From Pseudomonas sp. PIC25 (GTDB taxonomy: Bacteria > Pseudomonadota > Gammaproteobacteria > Pseudomonadales > Pseudomonadaceae), in assembly GCF_002286785.1 (NCBI RefSeq), contig NZ_MUJY01000041.1, positions 46,710-110,709 on the forward strand: DNA of 64,000 nt, written 5' to 3'. Shown piece by piece: positions 9,935-22,992 of this stretch. A model generated the notes under the pieces. That model was not told the DNA's origin, did no database searches, and worked only from the letters and a program-made list of their open reading frames with translations. Position numbers and translations under genes: made by a program. Numbering within the stretch: the first letter of the stretch is position 1; every line of letters starts with the position of its first letter.

Positions 9935-10430
9935 GGGCGGGTTCTCCGGATTTCTTACTCTTTAACATATCCAGCGCCAGCATGACGGCGCCAACGGTGA
10001 TGGCGCTGTCGGCCAGGTTGAACGCAGGGAAATACCAGCGGCTCTGCCAGTGCACCAGAATGAAGTCGACCACATGGCCATAGGCGATGCGGTCATAGAG
10101 GTTTCCCAAGGCACCTCCCAGGACCAGTGCCAATGCGATTGCCAGCCAAGTCTCGTCCGTCTTGAGACGTTTGAGCCAGACCAGCAGCACGGCACTGACG
10201 ACAACGGCGATCAAGGCGAACAGCCAGCGCTGCCAGCCAGACTCTCCGGCGAGGAAGCTGAAGGCCGCGCCGGTGTTGTAGGCCAGGGTCCAGCTGAAAT
10301 AGTCAGGGATCACCACGATCTGCTGGTACAGGCGCAGCGTATCCTCGAAATAGAACTTGCTGGCCTGGTCAAGCACGACGACCAGCACGGTGAGCCAGAG
10401 CCAGGAAAGCTTGCCGAAGCGAGACGTCAT
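9927..10430 (-). CDS. lspA: Lipoprotein signal peptidase II
   Basis: Four hydrophobic segments and A8-peptidase motifs (NTGAAFSF, FNLAD). The true start is at MTSRFGKLSW, inside the track ORF. Confidence 0.85.
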   Translation of the reverse strand: MTSRFGKLSWLWLTVLVVVLDQASKFYFEDTLRLYQQIVVIPDYFSWTLAYNTGAAFSFLAGESGWQRWLFALIAVVVSAVLLVWLKRLKTDETWLAIALALVLGGALGNLYDRIAYGHVVDFILVHWQSRWYFPAFNLADSAITVGAVMLALDMLKSKKSGEPAHD

Positions 10431-10463
10431 ACCGTCACCTCGACAGCCATAAAGCAACGTGCC

Positions 10464-13295
10464 TCAGGCATAGTGCCGGACCTCACCCTGCCCTTCGATG
10501 TTCTCGACGCAACGGCCACAGATTTCCGGATGGGCCGGGTTGACCCCGACGTCCTCGCGGTGGTGCCAGCAGCGGCCGCATTTGGCGTGCTCGGACTTGC
10601 GCACCAGCAACTTGAGTCCAGCCAGCTCGCTGGCTACCGCATTGGCCGGCGCATCGGCCAGCGGCGCCAGGGTCGCCGTCGACGTAATCAAAACGAAGCG
10701 CAATTCATTGCCCAGTTTGGCCAGATTCGTAATGAGCGACTCTTCGGCGTAGAGAGTAACCTCCGCCTGCAGGTTGCCACCGATAGCCTTGGCGGTACGC
10801 TGATTCTCCAGCTCCTTGTTCACGGCGGCCTTGACTTCCATCACGCGCGCCCAGAAATCTCGGCCCAGCTCTGCATCGCTCGGCAGCGAGCCAAGCCCCT
10901 GGTACCAAGTATTCAGCATCACCGACTCGTTACGCTTGCCTGGCAGATACTGCCAGATTTCCTCGGCAGTGAACGCCAGGATCGGCGCGATCCAACGCAC
11001 CAGCGCCTCGGCGATATGGAACAGGGCCGTCTGGCAGGAGCGCCGGGCGACGCTGTCGGCCGCCGTGGTGTATTGACGGTCCTTGATGATGTCGAGATAG
11101 AAGCCGCCCAACTCCTGAACGCAGAAGTTATGGACCTTCTGATAGACGTTCCAGAAACGGTAGCTACCGTAGGCCTCTTCGATCTCGCTCTGGAGCAACG
11201 CCGCACGGTCCACGGCCCAGCGGTCCAACGCCAGCATGTCATTGGCCGCGAGTAAATCCTTGGCCGGGTCGAAGCCGTTCAGGTTGGCCAACAGGAAACG
11301 CGCGGTATTACGGATACGCCGGTAGGCATCCGCACTGCGCTGCAGAATTTGCTGGGAAACCGCCATTTCGCCGGAGTAATCGGTTGCCGAGACCCACAGG
11401 CGCAGGATGTCCGCCCCCAGGCTATCGGTGACTTGTTGCGGGGCGATCACGTTGCCCAGCGACTTGGACATCTTGCGGCCGTTCTCATCCACGGTGAAAC
11501 CGTGGGTCAGCAACGCCTTGTACGGAGGATGCCCGTCGATGGCGCAGCCGGTCAGCAATGAGGAATGGAACCATCCGCGATGTTGGTCGGAGCCTTCGAG
11601 GTAAAGGTCGGCACGCGGCCCCTGAGCATGACCGAGCGGGTGCGAACCACGCAGTACATGCCAATGCGTGGTGCCCGAATCGAACCAGACATCCAGGGTG
11701 TCGCTGATCTTGTCGTATTGCGCAGCCTCATCACCGAGCAACTCGGCGGCGTCGAGTTTGAACCAGGCTTCGATACCCTCTTTCTCGACACGTTGGGCTA
11801 CCGCCTCCATCAGCTCCGGCGTGCGCGGATGCAGTTCGCCGCTGGCCTTATGCAGGAAGAAGGGGATCGGCACCCCCCAGTTGCGCTGACGCGAGATACA
11901 CCAGTCCGGACGGCCGGCAATCATGCCCTGCAGACGCGCCTGGCCCCAGGAAGGAACGAACTCGGTCTGCTCGATGCCGGCCAATGCACGCTGACGCAGG
12001 GTATCGCCCTGGTTCGGCTGCTTGTCCATGCCGACGAACCACTGCGCCGTTGCGCGATAGATCAGCGGAGTCTTGTGGCGCCAGCAGTGCATATAGCTGT
12101 GGCTGATGCTTTCGTGTTTCAGCAGGCAACCGACCTCGGCGAGCTTCTCGACGATCTGCGGGTTGGCCTTCCAGATGAACTGCCCGCCGAAGAACGGCAG
12201 GGAATCGACATAGACACCGTTGCTCTGCACCGGATTGAGGATGTCGTCGTTATGCATCCCATAGCGCTTGCAGGTGACGAAGTCGTCCTCGCCATAGGCC
12301 GGCGCCGAGTGAACGATCCCCGTACCGGCATCCAGCGCCACGTATTCGGCCAGGTAAACCGGTGACAGACGCTCGTAGAGCGGATGACGGAAGTTCAGAT
12401 TCTCCAGGCGCTCGCCCTTGGTCGTGGCGACGACCTGCCCCTCGAGGCCATAGCGTTTCAGGCTGGCCTCGACCAGCTCAGCCGCCAGCACCAACAACTT
12501 GTCGCCGATGTCCACCAGGGCATAGTCGAATTCGGGGTGCGCATTTAGCGCCTGGTTAGCCGGGATGGTCCAGGGTGTGGTGGTCCAGATCACGATGCAG
12601 GCGGGCTTGCCCAGGGAGTCGAGCCCGAATGCCTCTGCCAGAGCCTTGTCGTCGGCACTTGGGAACGCCACGTCGATGGCATCGGACTTCTTGTCCTGAT
12701 ATTCGACCTCGGCTTCCGCCAGTGCGGAACCGCAGTCGAAACACCAGTTGACCGGCTTCAAACCTTTGAACACGAACCCTTGCTTGACCATCTCAGCCAG
12801 CGCGCGGATTTCCCCCGCCTCGTTGGCGAAATCCATGGTCTTGTATGGATTATCCCAGTCGCCGAGCACACCGAGACGAATGAAGTCGGCCTTCTGCCCT
12901 TCGATCTGCTCGGTCGCGTAGGCACGGCAAAGTTCGCGGGTCTTGTCGGCGGGCAGGTGCTTGCCGTGGGTGGTTTCCACCTTGTGCTCAATGGGTAGGC
13001 CATGGCAGTCCCAACCCGGCACGTAGGGTGCATCGTAACCGGCCAGAGTCTTCGAACGGACAATGATGTCCTTGAGAATCTTGTTGACCGCATGACCGAT
13101 GTGAATATTACCGTTGGCATACGGCGGGCCGTCGTGCAGGACGAACTTCGGGCGCCCCTCGCCGATCTGCCGCAGCTTCCGGTACAGGTCAATGCTGCTC
13201 CAGCGCTGCAGCATCTCCGGCTCGCGCTGGGGCAGGCCGGCCTTCATCGGAAACGCCGTTTCCGGCAGGTTGAGGGTCGCTTTGTAGTCGGTCAT
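10464..13295 (-). CDS. ileS: Isoleucyl-tRNA synthetase
   Basis: HIGH motif ([11 protein letters not shown]), KMSKS motif, and a C-terminal zinc finger (CGRCWHH...CGRC). The true start [13 protein letters not shown] is at 13295; the track ORF is extended to 1133 aa by GC-rich open frame. Confidence 0.95.
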   Translation of the reverse strand: MTDYKATLNLPETAFPMKAGLPQREPEMLQRWSSIDLYRKLRQIGEGRPKFVLHDGPPYANGNIHIGHAVNKILKDIIVRSKTLAGYDAPYVPGWDCHGLPIEHKVETTHGKHLPADKTRELCRAYATEQIEGQKADFIRLGVLGDWDNPYKTMDFANEAGEIRALAEMVKQGFVFKGLKPVNWCFDCGSALAEAEVEYQDKKSDAIDVAFPSADDKALAEAFGLDSLGKPACIVIWTTTPWTIPANQALNAHPEFDYALVDIGDKLLVLAAELVEASLKRYGLEGQVVATTKGERLENLNFRHPLYERLSPVYLAEYVALDAGTGIVHSAPAYGEDDFVTCKRYGMHNDDILNPVQSNGVYVDSLPFFGGQFIWKANPQIVEKLAEVGCLLKHESISHSYMHCWRHKTPLIYRATAQWFVGMDKQPNQGDTLRQRALAGIEQTEFVPSWGQARLQGMIAGRPDWCISRQRNWGVPIPFFLHKASGELHPRTPELMEAVAQRVEKEGIEAWFKLDAAELLGDEAAQYDKISDTLDVWFDSGTTHWHVLRGSHPLGHAQGPRADLYLEGSDQHRGWFHSSLLTGCAIDGHPPYKALLTHGFTVDENGRKMSKSLGNVIAPQQVTDSLGADILRLWVSATDYSGEMAVSQQILQRSADAYRRIRNTARFLLANLNGFDPAKDLLAANDMLALDRWAVDRAALLQSEIEEAYGSYRFWNVYQKVHNFCVQELGGFYLDIIKDRQYTTAADSVARRSCQTALFHIAEALVRWIAPILAFTAEEIWQYLPGKRNESVMLNTWYQGLGSLPSDAELGRDFWARVMEVKAAVNKELENQRTAKAIGGNLQAEVTLYAEESLITNLAKLGNELRFVLITSTATLAPLADAPANAVASELAGLKLLVRKSEHAKCGRCWHHREDVGVNPAHPEICGRCVENIEGQGEVRHYA

Positions 13296-13309
13296 GTCGT
13301 TCAGGCTCT

Positions 13310-14251
13310 TTATTGAAGCGGTTGACCGAGCCAGTAGGCCCGGGCGGCGGCGATGTCCGCATCGATCGCCGTCTTCAGCGCCTCCAGGGAGGCGAAACGC
13401 TGCTCGTCTCGCAGCTTGTGGTGGAATGCCACCGTCAGGCGACGGCCATACAGGTCGCCGGCAAAATTCAGCAGATGTACTTCCAGGTGGGCCTGTCCGT
13501 CGCCCTTCACGCTCGGGCGGACACCGATATTGGCCACACCCTGCAGGCGCCGCCCATCGTCCACCCTGGCACTGACCAGATAGACGCCGGACAGCGGAAC
13601 CCGGCAGCGCTTGAGCTGCACGTTCGCAGTCGGTGCGCCCAACTGACGACCGAGCTTCTGGCCATGCAACACCCGTCCAGTGATGCAATACGGCCGGCCC
13701 AGCAAGCGCTCGGCCAAGACGAAATCGCCCGCCGCCAGCGCTTGGCGGACACGTGTGCTGCTGACACGCTCGCCATCCAGTTCGACGGTTGCCGCCGCTT
13801 CGACCGTGAAACCCTCGCCAGCGCCGGCCTGTTGCAGAAACTCGAAATCGCCGGCACGATCGCAACCGAAGCGGAAATCGTCACCGACCTCCAGATGCTT
13901 CACTCCCAGCCCCTCCACCAGCACCGCATGCACGAACTCGGCCGCGCTGAGTTCACGCAAACGTCGGTTGAAAGCCAGACATAGCACCCGATCGACGCCC
14001 TCGGCAGCCAGCAGCTCGAGCTTGTCGCGCAGGCGCGTCAAACGGGCCGGAGCGCTATCCGGAGCGAAGTACTCCCGCGGCTGAGGCTCGAAGATCACCA
14101 CGCAACTGGGCAAACGCAACTCCGCCGCACGTTCGCGCAGTCGCTTAAGGATCGCCTGGTGACCACGGTGCACCCCATCGAAATTACCGATGGTGGCAAC
14201 ACAGCCCCGATGCTGGGGAAGCAGGTTATGAAGACCTCGGACCAGCTGCAT
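13310..14251 (-). CDS. ribF: Bifunctional riboflavin kinase / FMN adenylyltransferase
   Basis: FAD synthetase N-domain ([14 protein letters not shown]) plus a riboflavin kinase C-domain. First gene of the ribF-ileS-lspA-fkpB-ispH operon. Confidence 0.85.
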   Translation of the reverse strand: MQLVRGLHNLLPQHRGCVATIGNFDGVHRGHQAILKRLRERAAELRLPSCVVIFEPQPREYFAPDSAPARLTRLRDKLELLAAEGVDRVLCLAFNRRLRELSAAEFVHAVLVEGLGVKHLEVGDDFRFGCDRAGDFEFLQQAGAGEGFTVEAAATVELDGERVSSTRVRQALAAGDFVLAERLLGRPYCITGRVLHGQKLGRQLGAPTANVQLKRCRVPLSGVYLVSARVDDGRRLQGVANIGVRPSVKGDGQAHLEVHLLNFAGDLYGRRLTVAFHHKLRDEQRFASLEALKTAIDADIAAARAYWLGQPLQ

Positions 14252-14351
14252 AACACGCATCTTGCTCACAAAGTGGCCGATTATACGCACACCCGAGGCC
14301 CGGTAACAGTTCGGCCGGACCTCGCATCAAGCAGGCGCTGCCGCGCGCAGG

Positions 14352-15890
14352 TCAGGAAACCGCTCGCCGGGAAAAATCCCTGAGCCGGAAGCCCAGTAGC
14401 AGCAACATACCGAAGTAGGCGAATACTCCGACCGTCACCAGTCCACCGAGACGCAACAGGCGTGTCAGCATCACACCCTCGTCCCAGGCCGGCATGACCT
14501 GCATTAACCCGAACAGTGCCGCAGCCATGACCAGCACCGCCACAACCAGCTTCGTCAGGAACAGAACCCACCCCGGCTGCGGCTGGAACAGCCGCTGCGC
14601 GCGCAGTTTCCAGTAAAGCAGGCCGGCATTCAGACAGGCACCCAGGCCAATGGCCAGAGCCAGACCGGCATGCTGCAAAGGAAAGATCAGCGCCAGGTTC
14701 AGCAATTGCGTTACAACCAGGGTGAATACAGCGATACGCACCGGTGTCCGGATGTTCTGCTGAGCATAGAAGCCCGGCGCCAGCACCTTGACCAGAATGA
14801 TACCCAGCAGACCGACCGAATAGGCAATCAGGGCACGCTGGGTCATCAGGGCATCGTGGGCCGAGAACTTTCCATACTGGAACAACGAAACCGTCAGCGG
14901 CTCGGCGAGCAATGCCAGAGCGACCGCACAGGGCAACACCAACAGGAAGCACAGCCGCAGGCCCCAATCGAGCAGCCGCGAATATTCCTTGCGGTCCTGG
15001 CTGGCATAAGTCTTGGCCAATGACGGCAGCAGAATGGTGCCCAGCGCCACCCCCAGCACGCCGGATGGCAGCTCCATCAGGCGATCGGCGTAATACATCC
15101 AGGATACCGAGCCGGCCACCAGAAACGATGCGAAGATGGTATTGATGATCAGCGAAACCTGGCTGACCGAAACCCCCAGGATAGCTGGCAACATCTGCTT
15201 CAGAACACGCCAGACGCCCGTATCGCGCAGATTTAGTCGAGGCAGGACGAGCATGCCGATCTTCTTCAACGACGGCAGCTGATACAAAAGCTGGAGCAGC
15301 CCCCCGGCCAACGCAGCCCATCCCAGCACCATGACGGGAGGATCGAAATAGGGCGTTAGGAAGAGTGCGAAACCGATCATGCTGACATTCAGCAGTGTCG
15401 GTACGAACGCCGGCACGGAAAAACGGTTCCACGTGTTGAGGATAGCGCCGGCCAGCGACGACAGCGAAATCAGCAGAATGTAGGGAAAGGTTACCCGCAG
15501 CAGCGAGGTCGTCAGTTCGAACTTCTCCGGCTCGTCAGCGAACCCCGGCGCGCTGATCCAGATGATCCAGGGAGCCACAAGCACGCCTAGCAAGGTGACC
15601 AGAGCCAGCACGAGCGTGAGCAGGCCGGACACATAGGCGATGAACGTACGCGTCGCCTCCTCGCCCTGCTGGGTCTTGTATTCCGCCAGGATGGGCACGA
15701 ATGCCTGGGAAAACGCCCCCTCGGCAAAGATGCGCCGCAACAGATTGGGCAACTTGAAGGCGACGAAGAAGGCATCCGTCGCCATGCCGGCACCAAAAAT
15801 ACGGGCGATGATGGTATCGCGCACGAAGCCCAACACCCGCGACAGCATGGTGATGGAGCTGACGGCTGCCAGCGACTTGAGTAGATTCAT
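14352..15890 (-). CDS. murJ: Lipid II flippase MurJ (MviN)
   Basis: Polytopic MOP-superfamily membrane protein of about 512 aa, starting [25 protein letters not shown], which is typical of MurJ. Confidence 0.85.
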   Translation of the reverse strand: MNLLKSLAAVSSITMLSRVLGFVRDTIIARIFGAGMATDAFFVAFKLPNLLRRIFAEGAFSQAFVPILAEYKTQQGEEATRTFIAYVSGLLTLVLALVTLLGVLVAPWIIWISAPGFADEPEKFELTTSLLRVTFPYILLISLSSLAGAILNTWNRFSVPAFVPTLLNVSMIGFALFLTPYFDPPVMVLGWAALAGGLLQLLYQLPSLKKIGMLVLPRLNLRDTGVWRVLKQMLPAILGVSVSQVSLIINTIFASFLVAGSVSWMYYADRLMELPSGVLGVALGTILLPSLAKTYASQDRKEYSRLLDWGLRLCFLLVLPCAVALALLAEPLTVSLFQYGKFSAHDALMTQRALIAYSVGLLGIILVKVLAPGFYAQQNIRTPVRIAVFTLVVTQLLNLALIFPLQHAGLALAIGLGACLNAGLLYWKLRAQRLFQPQPGWVLFLTKLVVAVLVMAAALFGLMQVMPAWDEGVMLTRLLRLGGLVTVGVFAYFGMLLLLGFRLRDFSRRAVS

Positions 15891-16118
15891 GGCATTGATC
15901 GCTACTGTATTTTCTGGCCACTCGGTCGACGGCAAAGATGGACGTCGGAGCGAAGCCGCCGAGTGTAGAGGCCGCCCGCGAATAAATCATCCAGCGCCAG
16001 CGGACACGCTCGTCGAACGGCGCCTGAGAAGAATGCCGCCACCCTTGACAAGCCAGGGGGAGGTCGGCATGATTCGCGGCCTTATTTGTTTGTATCCCTG
16101 TTTTCGAGGAGCTTGACG

Positions 16119-16397
16119 GTGGCCAATACACCTTCTGCCAAAAAACGCGCCAAACAGGCTGAGAAGCGTCGTAGCCATAACGCCAGCCTGCGCTCCATGG
16201 TTCGTACCTACATCAAGAACGTGGTCAAGGCGATCGACGCCAAGGACCTGGAAAAGGCTCAAGCCGCCTACACCCTGGCTGTGCCGGTAATCGACCGCAT
16301 GGCCGACAAAGGCATCATCCACAAGAACAAGGCAGCTCGCCACAAAGGCCGTCTGAATGCCCACATCAAGGCACTCAGCGAAGCCGCTGCCGCCTAA
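16119..16397 (+). CDS. rpsT: 30S ribosomal protein S20
   Basis: GTG start (V)[17 protein letters not shown] with a GAGGAG RBS 8 nt upstream. Classic S20 sequence. Confidence 0.9.
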   Translation: MANTPSAKKRAKQAEKRRSHNASLRSMVRTYIKNVVKAIDAKDLEKAQAAYTLAVPVIDRMADKGIIHKNKAARHKGRLNAHIKALSEAAAA

Positions 16398-16414
16398 GCG
16401 CAACGGATGCTGCA

Positions 16415-16444
16415 CAAAAAACCGGCCAAATGGCCGGTTTTTTA
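16415..16444. terminator. Bidirectional rho-independent terminator between convergent rpsT and creA
   Basis: An A6 run, the hairpin ACCGGCC-aaat-GGCCGGT, then a T6 run. Confidence 0.7.
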
Positions 16445-16489
16445 TTGCCTTCTTCTTTGCGGATCGTCAGCGACAACCCGCAAAGACCG

Positions 16490-16945
16490 TTACTTCCAAG
16501 GCAGGATCGGAATGGCCGTCACCGCGTTCTGCGGACTACCCTCTATTACCCGGTCGCTATAGACCAAATAAACCAGGGTATTGCGCTTTCGATCGAAGAA
16601 TCGCACGACCTGCATGGTCTTGAAGACCAGCGAAGTGCGCTCCTTGAACACTTCCTCCCCTTCCTTCAGCTCGGCTCGAAAGCGGATAGGCCCCACCTGA
16701 CGACACGCAATGGAGGCCTCCGCACGATCCTCGGCCAGCCCAAGCCCACCCTTGACACCACCCGTCTTGGCACGGGACAGATAGCAGGTCACGCCTTCCA
16801 CCTTGGGATCATCGAACGCCTCGACGACGATTTTGTCGTTCGGCCCCACCCACTTGAATACGGTGGACACCTCACCTATCGGCTCGGCCGCCGCCACGAG
16901 CGGAAACAGTAGCACACCACACAGCAATCCTTTGAACGCCGGCAT
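16490..16945 (-). CDS. creA: CreA family periplasmic protein
   Basis: Signal peptide followed by the conserved CreA core ([45 protein letters not shown]). Confidence 0.7.
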   Translation of the reverse strand: MPAFKGLLCGVLLFPLVAAAEPIGEVSTVFKWVGPNDKIVVEAFDDPKVEGVTCYLSRAKTGGVKGGLGLAEDRAEASIACRQVGPIRFRAELKEGEEVFKERTSLVFKTMQVVRFFDRKRNTLVYLVYSDRVIEGSPQNAVTAIPILPWK

Positions 16946-16962
16946 TACAAACTCCCGAGAAA

Positions 16963-18081
16963 TCAGACCAGAATCAGATTGTCGCGATGAACCAGCTCCG
17001 GCTCATCCACATAACCCAGCAACTTCTCGATGGCATCGGAGGGCTGCCCGATAATTTTCTGAGCCTCGACGGCACTGTAGTTGGCGAGACCCCGCGCAAC
17101 TTCGCGACCATCCGGCCCCACGCATACCACCATTTCGCCACGCCGGAAGTTACCCTGCACCCCCTTCACTCCGACCGGCAGCAGGCTCTTACGATCCTGC
17201 ACCAGCGCCTTCACCGCGCCGGCATCCAGAGTCAGCGTGCCGCGAGTCTGCAGATGCCCCGCCAGCCACTGCTTGCGTGCCGCCAGCAGGCCCCGCTCGG
17301 GCGCCAGCAAGGTTCCCAGGCGCTCGCCCGATTTGAGCCGATCCAGCACTCGCTCGATCTGCCCACCGACGATAATGGTGTGCGCCCCGGAACGCGCCGC
17401 GAGGCGCGCCGCACGCAATTTGGTCTGCATCCCTCCCCGCCCGAGCGCACCACCGGTACCCCCCGCCACTGCATCCAGCGCCGGATCATCGGCACGCGCC
17501 TCATGGATCAGCTTCGCATCGGGATTGCTTCGCGGATCGGCATCGAACATGCCGTCACGATCAGTGAGGATGACCAACAGGTCCGCCTCCACCAGGTTGG
17601 CCACCAGCGCCGCGAGGGTATCGTTGTCGCCGAAGCGGATCTCGTCGGTGACGACGGTATCGTTTTCGTTGATCACCGGAACCACCCCCAGCTCCACCAG
17701 GGTGCGCAGGGTGCTGCGTGCGTTCAGGTAGCGCTTGCGATCGGACAGATCGTCATGGGTCAGCAGGATCTGGGCGGTATGCTTGCCGTGCTCGGCGAAA
17801 CTGGATTCCCAGGCCCGGATAAGACCCATCTGGCCGATTGCGGCAGCAGCCTGCAATTCGTGCATCGCCTTCGGGCGAGCCGTCCAACCCAGCCGACTCA
17901 TGCCCGCCGCCACGGCGCCGGAAGACACCAGCACCAGCTCGACGCCCGCTTCGCGCAGGGCCACCATCTGCCGGACCCAAACCGCCATGGCCGCCCGGTC
18001 CAACCCGCGCCCATCGGCGGTCAGCAGGGCACTACCGATCTTGACTACCCAGCGCCGCGCGCCGGTCACCTTGTCCCGCAT
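16963..18081 (-). CDS. proB: Glutamate 5-kinase
   Basis: Amino-acid kinase domain plus a C-terminal PUA domain, 372 aa. Confidence 0.9.
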   Translation of the reverse strand: MRDKVTGARRWVVKIGSALLTADGRGLDRAAMAVWVRQMVALREAGVELVLVSSGAVAAGMSRLGWTARPKAMHELQAAAAIGQMGLIRAWESSFAEHGKHTAQILLTHDDLSDRKRYLNARSTLRTLVELGVVPVINENDTVVTDEIRFGDNDTLAALVANLVEADLLVILTDRDGMFDADPRSNPDAKLIHEARADDPALDAVAGGTGGALGRGGMQTKLRAARLAARSGAHTIIVGGQIERVLDRLKSGERLGTLLAPERGLLAARKQWLAGHLQTRGTLTLDAGAVKALVQDRKSLLPVGVKGVQGNFRRGEMVVCVGPDGREVARGLANYSAVEAQKIIGQPSDAIEKLLGYVDEPELVHRDNLILV

Positions 18082-18145
18082 TTCTCAACCCCAAGCCAGT
18101 CAGAACAACGCCGCTATGAAAGCGGCGCTGAACGATACCTCATTG

Positions 18146-19384
<1,239 letters not shown>

Positions 19385-19429
19385 CTAGGGCGGGCTGAGT
19401 AAAAACGAAGAACTATAGGATACAGAAAC

Positions 19430-19455
19430 AAAAAAGCCCCGTCGCATGACGGGGC
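19430..19455 (-). terminator. Rho-independent terminator/attenuator after rpmA
   Basis: On the minus strand, the hairpin GCCCCGTC-atgc-GACGGGGC is followed by a T6 run. Confidence 0.65.
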
Positions 19456-19474
19456 TTCTTCAGCAAGGCCGGAC

Positions 19475-19732
19475 TCAGGCAGTCACGACGCTCACGTATT
19501 TGCGACCGAAAGCGCCCTTGGTCTCGAACTTGACCACGCCATCCACTTTCGCGAACAGGGTGTGATCCTTGCCCAGACCAACGCCGTAACCGGCATGGAA
19601 CTGAGTACCGCGCTGACGCACGATGATGTTACCGGCCTTGATAGCCTGGCCACCGAACATTTTCACGCCAAGGCGTTTACTTTCTGAGTCGCGACCGTTG
19701 CGGGTAGAACCGCCAGCTTTTTTGTGTGCCAT
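19475..19732 (-). CDS. rpmA: 50S ribosomal protein L27
   Basis: [24 protein letters not shown]. Confidence 0.95.
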   Translation of the reverse strand: MAHKKAGGSTRNGRDSESKRLGVKMFGGQAIKAGNIIVRQRGTQFHAGYGVGLGKDHTLFAKVDGVVKFETKGAFGRKYVSVVTA

Positions 19733-19767
19733 GAGTTCAATACTCCAAAAAGGGGATCAGGTAGTGC

Positions 19768-20079
19768 TTACGCCTGAATACCGGTGATTTTGATCTCAGT
19801 GAACCACTGACGGTGGCCCTGACGCTTCATGTGGTGCTTACGACGGCGGAACTTGATGATACGCACTTTGTCGTGACGGCCTTGGGAAACCACTTCGGCC
19901 ACGACCTTGGCACCATCGACGACCGGAGCACCGATCTTCACGTCATCGCCATTGCCGACCAGCAGCACGCGGTCGAAAGTGACGGCTTCGCCGGTGGCAA
20001 CTTCGAGCTTCTCGATCTTGAGGAACTCGCCTTCGGCGACTTTGTATTGCTTGCCACCGGTAACAATTACTGCGTACAT
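19768..20079 (-). CDS. rplU: 50S ribosomal protein L21
   Basis: [25 protein letters not shown], 104 aa. The track ORF is extended upstream. Confidence 0.9.
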   Translation of the reverse strand: MYAVIVTGGKQYKVAEGEFLKIEKLEVATGEAVTFDRVLLVGNGDDVKIGAPVVDGAKVVAEVVSQGRHDKVRIIKFRRRKHHMKRQGHRQWFTEIKITGIQA

Positions 20080-20323
20080 GGAATATCTCCGTTGATCCTG
20101 CTCACCCAGCGCTTTATAGAAGGAGTGATCGGCTGGCATGGCTGCATGGGGCCGGATGGGACGCCCGTGCATTTGCGTAAGGCAGGGAAATGCCCAGGGA
20201 AGTTCAGGGGCCGCGATTGTACGCAAGGCGCCGCATCTCCGCAAGCGCCGCAGGGCTTTGCCTTGACAGCCCCTACCCTGCCCCCTAGCATGCCGCGCAA
20301 CCTACGAGGAGCACGTAACGCTG

Positions 20324-21292
20324 ATGCAACCCCAGGCCTTCTATAGCGTGGTGGCGGATGATTTTACCGCTGTCGATGGCATTATCCGCAAGCAGCTCGT
20401 TTCGCGCGTTCCCCTCGTGGAAAAGATCGGGGACTACATCATTTCCGCCGGCGGCAAGCGCCTTCGCCCCTTGCTGGTGCTGCTCTGCGGCAAGGCACTG
20501 GGACGTCAGGACGACGACCTGCGCCTGCTTGCCGCCACCATCGAGTTCCTGCATACCGCTACGCTGCTGCACGACGACGTAGTCGACATGTCCGGCATGC
20601 GCCGCGGTCGCTCCACTGCCAATGCGTTGTGGGGTAATGCCCCCAGCGTCCTGGTCGGCGATTTCCTCTATTCGCGCTCCTTCGAAATGATGGTGGAGCT
20701 CGGCTCCATGCCGGTGATGCGCATCCTTTCCAAGGCCACCCGGGTGATCGCCGAGGGCGAGGTCCTGCAGCTCTCCAAGGTGCGCGATGCCAGCACCACC
20801 GAAGAGACCTACATGGAAGTCATCCGCGGCAAGACCGCCATGCTTTTCGAGGCTTCGACCCACAGCGCCGCCGCCCTGGCCGGTGCCAGTCATGAGCAGA
20901 GCGAAGCGCTGCGCACCTTTGGCGATCATCTGGGCATTGCCTTCCAATTGGTCGACGATCTGCTCGACTACCGGGGAGATGCCGAGACACTGGGCAAGAA
21001 CGTTGGCGACGATCTGGCAGAAGGCAAGCCCACCCTGCCGTTGATCCATTGCATGCGCGAGGGCACTCCTGAGCAAGCCGCCTTGGTTCGCCAGGCGATC
21101 CAGAAAGGTGGTATCGAGGATTTGGAAAGCATCCGTGCCGCAGTGGAGGCCGCCGGCGCGCTGGATTACACCGCCCGCCTGGCTCGCGATTACGCCGAAC
21201 GCGCCATTGCCTGCCTCGACGCGCTACCCGCCAGCGAACACCGCGACGCCCTCGTCGAATTGAGCCGCTTCGCCGTCGCTCGCACCCACTGA
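20324..21292 (+). CDS. ispB: Octaprenyl diphosphate synthase
   Basis: Trans-prenyltransferase DDxxD motifs (LLHDDVVD, QLVDDLLD), 322 aa. Confidence 0.85.
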   Translation: MQPQAFYSVVADDFTAVDGIIRKQLVSRVPLVEKIGDYIISAGGKRLRPLLVLLCGKALGRQDDDLRLLAATIEFLHTATLLHDDVVDMSGMRRGRSTANALWGNAPSVLVGDFLYSRSFEMMVELGSMPVMRILSKATRVIAEGEVLQLSKVRDASTTEETYMEVIRGKTAMLFEASTHSAAALAGASHEQSEALRTFGDHLGIAFQLVDDLLDYRGDAETLGKNVGDDLAEGKPTLPLIHCMREGTPEQAALVRQAIQKGGIEDLESIRAAVEAAGALDYTARLARDYAERAIACLDALPASEHRDALVELSRFAVARTH

Positions 21293-21438
21293 TTTTCCCT
21301 GCCTGAATGGCCCGCACTCGCGCGGGCCCTCTCCATAGTTCTTCGGATAACCGCAAGACGCCCGCTCATGCAGCGAGTGTAATGCCACACCTTTTCCCGT
21401 CGCCCGACGAAAGGTCAAATCAGAGCTTGCCATTTCAC

Positions 21439-21457
21439 GAATAAGAATTATTCTCAA
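21439..21457 (+). promoter_or_regulatory. Fur-box-like AT-rich operator overlapping the promoter of the small ORF at 21483
   Basis: GAATAAGAATTATTCTCAA contains tandem NAT(A/T)AT-like hexamers and a partial dyad. It lies about 25 nt upstream of the RBS. Confidence 0.3.
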
Positions 21458-21482
21458 CAAAACTTATTCAAGGAGATGCGCC

Positions 21483-21728
21483 ATGACCTATCTGATTGAC
21501 GCTTGGCTGGACCGCCCACACCCTTATCTACGCATCCTGAACCGGGACACCGGGGAGGTGTGCGCCATGCTGGAAGAAGATGCCATCGACGAGCTGCGCG
21601 ACCTCGGCGAGCTCGATTTCGCCGGACTGAGTTCCAGCGAACCCGGTGTACTCAAGGAGCTGGTACGCAGCCTGTTCCTCTTCTGTTACGCGCGGGCATT
21701 GCGCCCAACCGGCCACGATCCGCACTGA
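21483..21728 (+). CDS. Small conserved hypothetical protein (81 aa)
   Basis: AGGAG RBS 7 nt upstream of the ATG. Acidic, helical sequence. Confidence 0.55.
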   Translation: MTYLIDAWLDRPHPYLRILNRDTGEVCAMLEEDAIDELRDLGELDFAGLSSSEPGVLKELVRSLFLFCYARALRPTGHDPH

Positions 21729-21857
21729 CCGAGCAAACGGCGCAAGGAAGCGCCAGGGCAGCCGTCGCCCGGGAGCCGGCTGCATGACGGGGGCAACGAC
21801 GCTCTCGCGCCGGCCCTCGAGCGGAAACGGACTACCGTTCGAGGGCCACCCTTCGAA

Positions 21858-22475
21858 TCAGAGGATTTCCAGCAGCTCGACGTCGAACACCAACACGCTG
21901 TGCGGCGGAATGCTGCCCACTGCCTGACCACCATAGGCCAGCTCGCTGGGCACATGCAGGCGCCACTTGCTGCCGGTATTCATCAGTTGCAGGGCTTCGA
22001 CCCAGCCGGCGATCACACCGCCAACCGGGAATTCGGCCGGCTGGCCGCGCTCATAGGAGCTGTCGAACACACTGCCGTCGATCAGCGTGCCATGGTAATG
22101 GGTACGCACGTGATCCTCGCGGGACGGCTTGGCACCCTCGCCGGCCACCAGCACTTCATATTGCAAACCGGACGGTAGCACCGTGACGCCTTCACGCTTG
22201 GCGTTCTGCTCCAGGTACGCCCGTCCCGCACCGGCTGCGGCGTCAGCCTTGGCCTGAGCCTCGACTTGCATGCGTTCGCGGATCACACGGAAGCTGGCTG
22301 CCAGGGCGGTTTGCTCGACCCGGCTCGGCTGGCCGGCGAAAGCATCGGCCAACCCCGCCAGTACGGCGTCCAGGCTGACGCCCGGAGGTGGGTTGTCGCG
22401 CAACTGGTCGCCGAGCTGACGGCCGATACCGTAACTGACACGGGTTTCGTCGGTGGAAAGGTTGAGTTCGGACAT
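21858..22475 (-). CDS. fklB: FKBP-type peptidyl-prolyl cis-trans isomerase FklB
   Basis: N-terminal dimerisation helix plus a C-terminal FKBP domain (GSKWRLHVPSELAYG). Starts at MSELNL. Confidence 0.8.
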   Translation of the reverse strand: MSELNLSTDETRVSYGIGRQLGDQLRDNPPPGVSLDAVLAGLADAFAGQPSRVEQTALAASFRVIRERMQVEAQAKADAAAGAGRAYLEQNAKREGVTVLPSGLQYEVLVAGEGAKPSREDHVRTHYHGTLIDGSVFDSSYERGQPAEFPVGGVIAGWVEALQLMNTGSKWRLHVPSELAYGGQAVGSIPPHSVLVFDVELLEIL

Positions 22476-22561
22476 CGTCTCGGCTCCGCAGGACAAAAAA
22501 GGGCCGCCAGACTAGCACAGTCCTCCGCCAGCCATGGCCGGCACACGCGCCGAGGCCGAAA

Positions 22562-22867
22562 TCAGCCAGGCAACGAAAGCGAAATGGGGACGCAAACGAT
22601 CTCGCCGTTATCCTCGCGGATGCCGCACATCTCGTCGTGCACCATGGTGTGGACCAGATTGCAGGGCAGCGTCGGCAGTGCATGCAGCAGTTCCCTGGCA
22701 TGCTCGACGGAGCGCAGATGCATCGTGTGTCCCTGGTTATCGCTGAGCGGATGGGCGCCATCGTCCATCCGCGCCTCCAGGATGTATATGCCGCCTTCCA
22801 GGGAAATCAGATTCAATTCCTGGACATGCCCGGCGCGGGCATGGCTGGACAGATCATGCAGGTTCAT
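22562..22867 (-). CDS. Hypothetical protein (101 aa)
   Basis: GAGGTG RBS 6 nt upstream of the ATG. Coding-like composition. The track ORF is extended upstream. Confidence 0.5.
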   Translation of the reverse strand: MNLHDLSSHARAGHVQELNLISLEGGIYILEARMDDGAHPLSDNQGHTMHLRSVEHARELLHALPTLPCNLVHTMVHDEMCGIREDNGEIVCVPISLSLPG

Positions 22868-22992
22868 AGCATCACCTCGCACCGATCCTCGTCGGTTTCT
22901 ACAGTCTTCGTAGAAAACCCTGGGAAGTACAAGGCCAAGGGACAATCGCCCGTCCATTTCCGGACGGGCGGACCTGAAGGATGCGAAGCGGG

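Noticed and set aside
10050-11255. 401-aa ORF on the plus strand
   Set aside because: It lies antisense to lspA and ileS, which are unambiguous. Its composition is Arg/Gly/Gln/Asp-rich low-complexity sequence typical of open frames in 65% GC DNA, and it has no start or RBS context.
13296-13865. N-terminal 190-codon extension of the ileS ORF (track protein 1133 aa)
   Set aside because: IleS begins at [13 protein letters not shown] (13295). The upstream part overlaps ribF in another frame and is Arg/Gly-rich junk. Similar over-extensions were trimmed for pilY1, lspA, ribF, murJ, rplU, fklB, yqhA, the Lon-like protease, the TraR/DksA gene, ettA, fpr, dctP and the FAD-subunit gene.
16430-16912. 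160-aa ORF on the plus strand
   Set aside because: It is antisense to creA, which has a signal peptide and strong CreA-family conservation.
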